Both the position numbers and the translations under genes were made by a program. Shown piece by piece: positions 25,660-36,060 of a stretch of DNA of 64,000 bases. Below the pieces are notes generated by a model. The model saw nothing but the letters and a program-made list of their open reading frames with translations, made no database searches and was not told the origin of the DNA. Source of the DNA: Lama glama (lineage: Eukaryota); the NCBI GenBank assembly GCA_028534125.1, contig CM052817.1, positions 91,328,001 through 91,392,000 on the forward strand, given 5' to 3'. The stretch's first letter is position 1; each line of letters begins with the position of its first letter.

Positions 25660-26150
25660 TCTAAACTTTTTAACATAGACTTTATAAAGTTCAACCCAGG
25701 GCTAGCCCACCCCACCTCTCTGATCTCTCTCATCCCTTGTTTCTCCTTCACTGGCTTGCTGAGCTCCAGTCACACTAGCCGTATTCCTACAACACACCAA
25801 GCTTATTCTGCACCTCCTGTTCTCTAGGATACATGGCCCTTCCAGATCATTGACAGATCCTCACCTATCATGCAGGTCTCACTTCAACTACCATCCTTTC
25901 AGAGAGACATTTCCTTTTTGGCTCCCTTCCCCCAGATTATTTTACATTCCTGGATAGCTCCCCAACATTCTCAAACTGCAATAACATTACTCTAGTTTAT
26001 TTCTGCATTATCTTTATCATTCTCTAAAGTTATCTTATTTGTTTATATGTTTAATGTATGCCTCCTCTAACAGAATGCAAGTTTCCATAAGAACAGGTAC
26101 TGCATTTATCTTATTTACTGCAATCTCTCAAGGGCCTAAAATGAATGAAT
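25660..26150 (+). mobile_element. L2 3' portion
   Basis: ctccagtcacactagcc and agaatgcaagtttccataagaacagg motifs. Confidence 0.65.
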
Positions 26151-26315
26151 ACTATACTAATAAATGTGCAGGCTCATATGAAGACTTTGATATTCTGTAA
26201 CCATTATAAACATTATATTGCTCTCTTAGGCTTCTTCCACTTTTGTCTACCTTTCAGCACCTACTGTGAGAGAATTAAGCAGCATAAAAAATACGGACAA
26301 ACAAGCAGACGTTAA

Positions 26316-26446
26316 GGGGGGAGGGTACGGCTCAGTGGTAGAGTATATGCCTAATATGCACTAGGTCATGGTTTCAATCCCCAGTACTGCCAGTAAATAA
26401 ATAAACAAACAAACCTAATTACCTCCCCCCTCAAAAAAAAAAAAAA
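26316..26446 (+). mobile_element. tRNA-derived SINE (Vic-1-like), long form
   Basis: A/B boxes, AAACCTAATTACCTCCCCCC tail, poly(A), TSD aaacaagYagacRtta. Confidence 0.92.
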
Positions 26447-26739
26447 AAACAAGTAGACATTATACTGTATAATCAGTTCAGAGACTGAACTAAGGTTTAA
26501 TAATGGCATGTCTTTCAAGTTATACACTGATCCTACTTACCAATAAAGTTATAAGTAAATTATTATGTTCAAATATAAACTATACACGCAATTTAGCATT
26601 TATGAGTAATGTACTTTCATGTGTGTCATGAAATAGATAAAAATAGTGAATATAATTTAAAAATAAAACAAACTCCATTTTATAATTTAACACAGTTAAG
26701 ATATTATCTCCAACTAAAATTTAATTTTATCTCCAAATG

Positions 26740-29700
26740 AAGAAATCATGTTTAAAGAATTAAGGAATGTGAGACCTATAACTCATAGAATAGGATACAG
26801 ATGTATCCTGTAAAGATACAGATATTATTTTAAAAAAAAAGAATAAAATGGAAATCCTGGAGTTGAAAAGTATAACAATTCCATAGTTGAAAAGTAGAAG
26901 AACACAAATTTTAAATTCACTAGCTGAGCTCAAAAGCATTTTGGAGACGACAGAAGAAAGAGCCAATGCACTTTAAAATATATCAATGGAAATTACCAAT
27001 TCTGAAGTACAGAAAAGAAAAATAAAAAAATGTTTTAAATGAACAGAGCGTCAGAGACTTAGGAATACCATCAAGCAGACCAATATACATTAATGAGAGT
27101 TTCAGAAGAAAGGGAGAGGGAGAAAAGGACAGAAAAAATATCTAAGGAAACTACTGTCAAAACTTATCAAATTGTCAAAAATGTTAATCTAATACATTTA
27201 AGTTTCATGAATCAAAAGTAGGATAAAGTAGGACAAAGAGATCCATACCTACATACATCATAGTAAAACTGTTGACTACAGATAGAATATCTTTAAAGCA
27301 TGAAGAGAAAAACAACTCATCAGAAATAATGGAGGCCAGAAAGCAGGAGATGACATATTCAAAATGCCTAGAGAGAAAGAAATCTGTAACAAAGAATTCT
27401 ATATCCAGCAAAACTATTCTTCAAAAATAAAGACAAAATAAAAACAATTCAAAGAAACAAAGGCTGAGCTAATTCATTAATAACAGAAATTCCTTACAAG
27501 ATATCAAAAAGGAAGCCCACCAGACTGTAAGGAAATAACTAACCCATAATGTAAATACGTAACAAGAAATAAAAAACACATAAAAAATAAATACACGTGT
27601 AAATATAAAACACTTTAAATTTTTTTTCTTCTCTTAACTATTTTAAAAGACATACAATTGCAATAAAAATATAAAACTGTATTGTTGAGCATCTAATACA
27701 TAAAAATATGCATGGCAATACTAAGACAGGAGGAGGGAGAAAATGAAGCAAAATTTCTTTATTTTACTATATTAGTCAACTGTGATAAATTAAGACATAT
27801 ATTATAATCCCTAGAGCAACCTAAAAAAATAACTTTAAAAATCCAGTTAAGAAGCTAACAAAGGAATTAAAATGATACCATGGAAACTATCTGTTACCTT
27901 CAGAAGAGGCAGTAAAGGACAAAGACATAAAAAAGAAATGAGACATATAGAAAATAATTAGCAAAGTTGCATAAATCTGACAATCAATGATTACATTAAA
28001 TGAGAACAGATTAAACTCTCCAATCAAAAGGCAGAAATGGTCAGACTATTTTTTTTAAGCATTTTAACTACATGTTGTCTGTATGACACACTCTAGATTC
28101 AAAAACAAATAGGATAAAGGTAAAAGGATGGAAAAAGATATGCAATGCATAAGAGAGCTATACTAACACCAGACAAAACACTACTAGACAAAGAGGGATC
28201 TCTCATAATGATGCAAAAAAAGTCAATTTGTTAGTAAGATGTATGTATATGTATTATTATATATGTATATCATACCTAACTCTAGTGCCCCAAAAATACG
28301 AAGCAAAATTGACAGAACTGAAAAGAAAATTAGACACTTCAATAGAAATTTTCATATCTCAACCTCAATAACTGACAGAATGGCTAGACAGAAAATCAGC
28401 ACAAAGAACCAATTTGACCTGACACCTACAAAATATTCTACCCAACAACAGAGTATCTCTAAGAGCACATAGGATATTCTTCAGAATAGATTACATGCTA
28501 GGCCACAAGAATGTCTCAATAAATTTAAAATGAGAAAAATCATGTAAAAAGTATGTTCTGCTCACTACAGGGGAATTAAATTAGAAATCAACAACAATGA
28601 AATTTAGGAAATCCTCAAATAATTGGAAATTAAACAGTACATTTCTAATAGCCCAGGGGCCAAAGAAGAAATCACAAACGTAATTAGGAAAAATAAATGC
28701 AAAATTTTAAAAGCAGGGCATATAAAAACGTATGGCAGCTAACAGTGTTTGGAAGGAAATGTATAGTTCCACATGCGTACATCAGAAAAGAAGAAAGATC
28801 TCAAACCAGTAACCTAGGCTTCTACCTTAAGACACTAGAAAAACAAAAGTGAACTAAACCTAAAGCAAGCAAAGGAAGGAAATTATGAAGATTAAAAAGG
28901 AAATCAGTGAAATAGAAAACAGTATTGGAAAAAAAATCAAACCAAAACTTGTTTCTTTGAAAAGAGCAACAAAATTGACAAACCTTTAGCTAAAATGACC
29001 AACTGAAAAAGAGAGAAGACACGGGCTACCAAAATTAGGAAAGAGCAGCATCACTACCTACGCTAGCAAAATTAAAAGCATATACAGGAATATTACAAAA
29101 CATATGTTAAAAATATTAGCTTAGGTGAAATGGACAAATACCTAAAAAAACACAATTACTGAAAGTAACTCAAAACTTAGCAGTAAAATCTGAATTAATA
29201 GTTTAAAAATTTCCCAAAGAGAAAAATCTAGGCCCAGATGCTTTCTTTCACTGGTGGATTCAATTAAATATATTCAAGAAGGTAATAATACCAATTCCTC
29301 ACAAACTCTTACAGAAAATTGAAGAGGTAACATCTTTTAATTTATTCTATGAGGTTACTACATATTACTGTGTTACAAAATCCAAAGACAACACAAGAGA
29401 AGAAAACTACAGAACAGTATTTCTCATAAATATAGACACAAAAATGTTGAACTAAACATCAGCAAACTTAATCCAGCAACATATAATAAGAATTATGTAC
29501 CATGACCAAGTGAGATTTGTCTTAGGAATGTAAGACTGGTTTAACTGCTAAAAATCAATTAATGTAATACACCATATTAATGCAGTAAGGGAAAGAAATC
29601 ACATATTCCTCTTAGACATTAAGGTGACCAAACCATACTGGTCTGCCTGGGACTGAAGTGTTCCCAAAGATGCAGAACTTTCAGTACTAAAACCAGGAGG

Positions 29701-31535
29701 GTTATGACCAAACTGTGACAGTGGGTCATAAGAGATGCAGAAAAAGCATCTGATAAAATCCAGTACCTATTTATGATAAAAACTCTGAACAAAAGAGTAT
29801 TAAAAAGGAACTCTCTACCAAATACAGAAATCTGCTATACGATATTGTACCTATAGTTAAGAGCACCATATCATATTCTTGAAAAGCTAGGGTAGATGAT
29901 CTCCTGTTAAGTGCTCTCACCACAATAAAATTTCTTTTAAAATAAAGATTTGTATGTGAAAAGAAATTTTCATGTTCATGGATTAGAAAACCCAATAATG
30001 TAAGATGGCAATTCATCCCAAACTGATCTATAGATTCAATGTATTCCTCATCAAAATTTCAAGACATTTTTGCAGACACTGACAAGTCGATCCTAAAAAT
30101 TTTATATAGGACCCAGAATAGCCACAATTTTTAAAACCAAGGACAAAATTGAAGGGCTTACAGTACCTGGTTTCATAAATTACCATAAGGCACAGTAATC
30201 AAGACAGAGTGGTACTAGCATAAGGATAGACATATAGATAATGAAACAGAATTGAGAGTGCAGAATTAAATCTTTACATTTACAATCAATGGAGAAATGA
30301 TAGTCTTTTTTGACAAGTGGTGCTAAGACAATCCATATAAAACAGATGACTTTAGACCCTTATTTCACACCATACATAAAAATCAACTCAAAACAGATCA
30401 TAAATCTAAATATAAGAGCAAAAACTATAAAACATCTAGAAGAAAACAAAGAAGAAAATCCTCAAGACCTTGGATTAGGCAGAGTTCTTAAAACAACAAA
30501 AGCATGATCTATATATAAAAGAAAAGTTGGGAAACTTAAGCTTCATCAAAATCAAAACTTCTGTGCTTTAAAAGACTCCAATAAAAAAAATGAAAAAAGA
30601 CATGGACTGGGAGAAAATATTTTAAATCATGCATCTAATAAAGGGCTTGCATCCAGAATGTATAAAAAACTCTTAAAACTCAATAATAATAAGACAAATA
30701 AAAAACAGGCAAAAGACTTGAATTTCACTCGAAAGGATATAGGAATGAGTAATCATATGAAAAAATACTCAACAGCTTGCATCTTTAGGAACAATGCAAA
30801 TTAAAACTACAATCAGTTAAATGCTTCACACCCAGTAAAATGGCTATATTATAACAGATAATAACAAGTGTTGGCAAAGATGTGAAAAAAACTGTAACTC
30901 TCATTCATACATTGCTGTTAGGAAGGTAAAATGTAAGGTCACTTTAGAATTCAGTTTGGCAGTTTCTTAAAAAGTTAAACAGATGGATGACCCAGCAAAT
31001 CTATTCCTAGCATCTACCCAAGAGAATGAAACTGCACATCATCATAGACTTATACTCAAACTTTCAAGCTACATTATCTGCAACAGTCAAAAAGGTGGAA
31101 ATAATCCAAACACCCATTAAGTGAAAAAAGGTAAACAAAATGTGGCATATCCATATAATAAAATACTATTTAGCAATAAAAAGAAACAAAATACTGACAC
31201 ATGCTACAATATGGATGAATCCCAAAAAACATTATGCTAAGTGAAAGCACTGCATATTATGTTTGTGACTATATATTGTATGTTTCCACTTATACCAAAT
31301 ATCCAGAAAAGGCAAATAGAGACAAAAAAGAAATCAGTGGCTGCCTAAGGCCACAAGTGAGTTTAAGTGCTAACTGCAAAGAGGCCAGAGGGAATTTTTA
31401 GAAGTGATAGAAATGTTCTAAAACTGGTTTGTGGTGATAGTTTAACAAATCAACATATTTACTAAAAAAGTATTAAATTTTGCACTCAAAATGAATTTCT
31501 GATATTAAATGGTAACTCAAAAGGCTAATTTTTTT
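26740..31535 (+). mobile_element. Long degenerate L1 (ORF1 end, ORF2 remnants, 3'UTR)
   Basis: Colinear ORF1, endonuclease and ORF2 motifs. ORF 30310-30507 reads LDPYFTPYIKINSKQIINLNIRAKTIKHLEEN. Many stops and frameshifts. Confidence 0.92.
29621..29730. mobile_element. MER94-like hAT-Blackjack MITE nested in L1
   Basis: aaggtgaccaaaccatactggtctgcctgggactga...ctttcagtactaaaacc...gggtca. Confidence 0.75.
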
Positions 31536-31547
31536 AAAAAAGTGTAA

Positions 31548-32085
31548 ATACCCAAGAGAAATGAAAACATATCCACACAAAAACTTGTACACAAATGTGC
31601 TGAGCAGCATTATTTGTAATAGCTAAAAAGTGGAAACTCAAATGTCTACCAACTAATTAGTGGATAAACAATGTGGTATATCAATACAATGGAGTATTTC
31701 TCTTCAACAAAAAGAAATAAAACAATGACACATGCTACAACATGGATGAACTCCAAAAACATTATGCTAAGTCCAAGAAAGCAATCATGAAAGGTTACAC
31801 ACTGTACGATTCCATTTATATGAAATGTCCAGAATGGGCAAATCTATAGAAACAGAGAGTAGATTAGTGGTTGCCTAGGACTAGGGGTTTGGAGGGAAAG
31901 TGGAGAGTGACACCTAATGGGTGTGAGGTTCCTTTTTGGGGGTGATGAAAATGTTTTAAAACTGATTATAGTGATAGTTCCTTAGTGAATGTATTAAAAA
32001 ACCACTTAACTGTACATTTTAAATTGGTGAACTGAATGGTGGGTGAATTATATATCAATAAAGCTGTTAGCAAAAACAACAACAA
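31548..32085 (+). mobile_element. Second L1 3'UTR (L1MB-like) directly after the first
   Basis: tacccaagagaaatgaaaacatatccacacaaaaacttgtacac...tcaataaagctgtt. Confidence 0.88.
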
Positions 32086-33549
32086 ACCTTAGTGTACAAT
32101 CTGTTAGCAGGTAAAGCCATCAACACTGATAGGCCCTACCACAGCCACAGTTACTATCTACTTAGGACAGAAAAATAAACTCTTTACAACCTACTGTGAT
32201 TATTTTGTAAATTAGTATACATATATCTGAAATGAAAAGCAATGATTAATCAAAGTAATTAGTTCCAGCACTAAGATTAAACAATAGGTTGACATTAAAT
32301 TTTCAAATTCCAAATGCCCAAAATATTTCAATTTTCTACTTCACGTGTTTACTGGAGATACTTCAACAATATTCATATGAACTCAATGTGTAAACTATAT
32401 TACACTACATATAAACTTTATTCCTAAAACCCTTTAAAAGTAATTCAATAGTTTCTAGTCTTACACAATGTCATTCTACCTTTTGAAGAAAGGAATAAAC
32501 TCTGAAACTCAAATATTCAGTCCTATCTTGGTAAAGTGTATATTTTTCTGTGATTCTGCCACTATTCTGTGATTACGGCACTAGACAAAGTGCATTATTT
32601 ACTCTCGATAGAGACTCACAAATAAAAAGAAAAGCAAATCTGATTACCAAACACCAGATTACTATCCTATCATCACTGGATTAAAATTTAAACCACACAG
32701 CTGAAATAAATGTTCATGAGCACAAGAAACGGGGTGAAATTCACTTTTACAATAAAGTGCCCCCCTCTTACTCATTTAATCAAGTACCAAGAACTTAAAG
32801 AAAGGCTATTCTGCAGCGTAGCTAGATCCTAGAAAACAAGAGCCCAGGATGCTGGCACATAAGAAACACTGGAAACTGCAATCTGGATTACTCTTAGGGT
32901 AATGGAATATTTTCTCTGTCCTTTATTGACATGGAATAAAAATGCCCAAATGGAGCAAGAGAGGGAACTCCAGCTACCCTGCTCGCCAAGCTGCCCGGGC
33001 AGTCAGTACCAACCCTAGCAAAGCCTTCACCGTCCTCCTACCGCGCCCCCGAAACACCCAGGAGCACCGTCCCCGAGAACCAGCTTCGAGAAGAGAGGAT
33101 CCAGAAGGCGGTCACTGGACGCGCGTGTTACAGAGCCCGTTTTTGTTTTGTTTAAAAAACAGATTCCTATCAGAGCCCAGCCTCCCCACCCCCGGGGAAT
33201 AGGGGGAAGTGGCAGCAGGGGGCCGGCGTGGAGAGGGAGAATAAAAGAATGACCGACTACAACCTGCCGTGCCAGCTAGCCGCGGAGGGCAGGAAAGGTA
33301 AGAGGCGGCGGCGAGGCCCGACAGGGAAGGAAACTGGTCTCCAGCTCTCCACACCACCCCACGCGGCCGGAGCCTCCCAGGTCCCGCCCCGGGCTCTCCG
33401 CCCTGCCCCGGCGCCGGCCGCAGCCTCCCGCCCTACCCGACCCTCCCAGGACGCGCTTCCTCCGGAGCCGGACCCCCGCCCTGGCCTCCCCGCGGGACAA
33501 GGCGGGTCAGTTCAGTCCGCTTCTCGGCAGAGGTGACTTGCGCGGCGAT

Positions 33550-33556
33550 GTAAACA
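33550..33556 (+). promoter_or_regulatory. Forkhead/FOXO-type motif GTAAACA in the intron 1 part of the island
   Basis: Exact motif standing out in GC-rich sequence; motif match only. Confidence 0.3.
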
Positions 33557-33892
33557 CAGCGAGACCAGCTGCGTTCGGCCCATCCCCCCCACCGCCGGGG
33601 TCCGTAACCTCTTCCCTCAGCCCTGCCCCGCGCCCCGCGCGCCCCGCGGGCGGACGCGCCGCGCGCCTTCCCCTTTCTCCAAGTCCTGCTCCCCGACCGT
33701 TGCCCGGGGGCACTCAGCCCCCTTCCCCAGCTCCCAGTCGGTGTCACCGCCACAGCCTCCGGAAAACCCTCCGCAAACAACACAGGCGCGGGGCGGGGAC
33801 GCGGAGGGAGGTGGCGGCACTCGGGACAGCGAGGCTTTCTCGCCGCACCCTCCGACCTCCCTCCCACCAGCCTCGGCGGCCCGCGCTCTTAC

Positions 33893-34325
33893 CTGCTCTC
33901 CGCGTCGCCCGGGAAGACCGCGGCGTCGCTTTCCCTCCCGGCAGGGCCGCGGACTAGCCGCCGCCGTTGGCCGGCCGTCCGGAGGGAGCCGGGGCCTCCC
34001 CAGCAGCCCGAGCCGCTCCACTGGGAGAGGAGGAGACAAAACAGCGGCGCGCCGCCCCGCGCAGAGACCCCCGCCTGCGCCGCCCCACCGACCCCCAACC
34101 GCCGCGGCGACGGCGGCGACACTGAGCCAGGCGCGGGGAGCAATGGTGGCCCCCGCCCTCGTCCCGCTCCCGGCCCCCTCCCTCACCCCCCGCCTCGGCT
34201 CCTCCCCCTCGGCCTCCTGCCGCCGCCACCAGGACACTCGAGTCCGCCTCCCCCACCCCGCCCGCTCCGAGCGCTCCTCCCCTCCCCACGCGGCGGGGGG
34301 GGCGGCACCGCCAGTCACCGCCGCG
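33893..34325 (-). other. ELF2: ELF2 non-coding exon 1 (5' end uncertain: ~34123 or ~34325)
   Basis: Strong donor CAG|gtaaga at 33893/33892 inside the CpG island. No AUG on the minus strand between 34330 and 33893. Confidence 0.75.
34121..34126 (-). promoter_or_regulatory. Candidate initiator CTCA(+1)GT
   Basis: Matches the BBCABW Inr consensus, 231 nt upstream of the exon 1 donor. Short motif, so it could be chance. Confidence 0.4.
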
Positions 34326-34345
34326 CCTGTCAAACCCTGGCCGGC

Positions 34346-34353
34346 TATTTATA
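34346..34353 (-). promoter_or_regulatory. TATA box (TATAAATA), overlapping a MEF2-like CTATTTATAC
   Basis: Isolated AT octamer in GC-rich context, oriented toward ELF2 exon 1. Confidence 0.55.
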
Positions 34354-34937
34354 CCTCGCGGGGTTCTGCCGCCTTCGGCCCCCACCAGCCCGCCCAACAT
34401 GCCTCGGTGGCTCTCCCGAATCTCGCCCGGCCGGTAGCCCTCAACTTCTCTGAAACCCGCCTTCTCAGGTAAAGTCCCTCCCCACTTGTCCCGCTCCCTG
34501 CTCGGGGCTCCCCCATCCCGCTCCCGACTCCGGGACTGGAGCGGGGGTTCCCAAGCGCAGGCAGGCGGGTGGGGGCGGCGGGGCAGCCGGTGCACCTGCA
34601 GCGCCCGCCCGCCGGCCCGGACCGCACGCACACACCCTCGCCACACTCTGAGGCCCCCCCGCGGGCCCCAGCTGTCACCCCATCCCCAGCTCTGGACTCC
34701 CGCCTTTCTCCTCAAGAGACGGCTCCGCACTCGGGCAGCCTGACAGTTACTGGGGGTCGGAGGTTGTTGAAACTCCTAGCCCGGACCCCTCCAGTCTCCA
34801 CTCTTCAGCCTAGGCTAAATGGAAGGTGGGGGCGCGGGCCCGCAGAAGCGCGCCGCCGGCCCCGCCCCCGGCCCCTCCCGGCCCGTGACGCTCGTGGCGC
34901 CCAACCCGGCCCTCCTCGCGCCCCTCGGCGCCGCCTG

Positions 34938-34979
34938 CTCCTCCTCCTCCTTCTCCTCCTCCTTCTCTTCCTTCTCCTC
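34938..34979. repeat. Imperfect (CCT)n / CT-only tract
   Basis: ctcctcctcctccttctcctcctccttctcttccttctcctc. Confidence 0.9.
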
Positions 34980-36051
34980 GCTTGCAAACCCTGGGCCTTG
35001 TACCCAGCGGGCCCCGCCCCATTCCCAGAAATTACCATCCGCCCAACGGCCGGGCTGCGCGGCGGTTGGTGCCCGCGTTTGCTGACGGGCCGACGGTGGG
35101 GCTCAGCGCGCAGCTGCGGAGCGCGGCGGGCGGCCCCTTGGCGCTGTCCCCAGAGCTGCGGGCCCCTGCACTGAGCCATTGTCACCCCTCGCTCGGTCGT
35201 CGACGGACGAAGAAGTAGCAAGTCCGAGGAATGTCGGTGTGAGAATGCGGGAGTGTGTTGGTGCGGGAGTATTTTAGTCCAAGTGCCTGCGAATTCGAAA
35301 ATGAAAACGCAGCAGTAGCTGCACGCTTCTGGTTTCCCTACTTTCACACAAAGGGGAACCTCTGAGCCGGGCACTCAGCCGCCTTCAAGTGCACAAAAGC
35401 CGATGACACGGTGTCCTGGGTTGTCCTGCGTTTGGAGCGCCTTGTTAATGATCTTTCTTACGCAGTTATGAATACAAACGCCTCAATCTATTCCCCCACT
35501 ACCACCCTTCGCCGCTGCCGCCGCATATTGTATTTGTTTAACAAAGAGCAGTGACTGTCCCAGTGTGCGTGGGGGCCGATTCTGCTCCCTTCTCGGGCTC
35601 CTGCAGCCGCACTCCGGTGGATCTGGGGCAGTATTCCCCAGGTTGGTTTCCGGGCTCCAGACCACTCTTTTTGCGGCTCCACAACCAGTCCTGAGCGAAG
35701 AAGAAACCCTGAGGAATACAAGTGGTGGCTGTTCTTGAAAGTAACTTGGAAACCATGGAAATAACCCTAGAGTAGGGCTCAAATGTCAGAGAACCACGGG
35801 CGGCCCTACTAATTTAAGTCTCTGAAGAACCGAAGAACTTAAATCTTTTCTTTCTTTCTTTTTAAGCTATTAATGCCTGTTTATTTACGGGGGTAGGAAG
35901 GAGAGGAGGGGAGGGGAAGGATTCTTTCCTCTCTTCTCGGGACTTCTTAAGAGATTTTTACTTTTAAACATAGGGGAAATCTGGATAGTAAATAGGGTTA
36001 GTCTAAGATCCTCTGAACTCTTCCCAAGTTTCATGGATTCCCGAGATCTAA

Positions 36052-36060
36052 AACATGGCG
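36052..36060 (+). promoter_or_regulatory. YY1-like motif AACATGGCG at the island shore
   Basis: Matches AANATGGCG; motif match only. Confidence 0.25.

Larger units (their letters stand above)
32980..35720. promoter_or_regulatory. CpG island / ELF2 promoter
   Basis: Abrupt switch from AT-rich, CpG-poor DNA to very GC- and CpG-rich DNA with many GC boxes (CCGCCC/GGGCGG). The plus strand is C-rich, so the sense strand is G-rich. Confidence 0.95.

Noticed and set aside
26740..32085. Potentially active L1
   Set aside because: No long ORF survives, it carries nested insertions, and the RT core appears to be missing.
32980..35720. ETS autoregulatory sites in the ELF2 promoter
   Set aside because: Only partial GGAA cores were seen; I found no full CCGGAAGT-type site.
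32942..35782. Many overlapping long ORFs (up to 258 aa) on both strands
   Set aside because: They are Pro/Arg/Gly/Ala-rich, low-complexity frames expected from stop-codon scarcity in a CpG island. None resembles a known protein and most begin at GTG/TTG.
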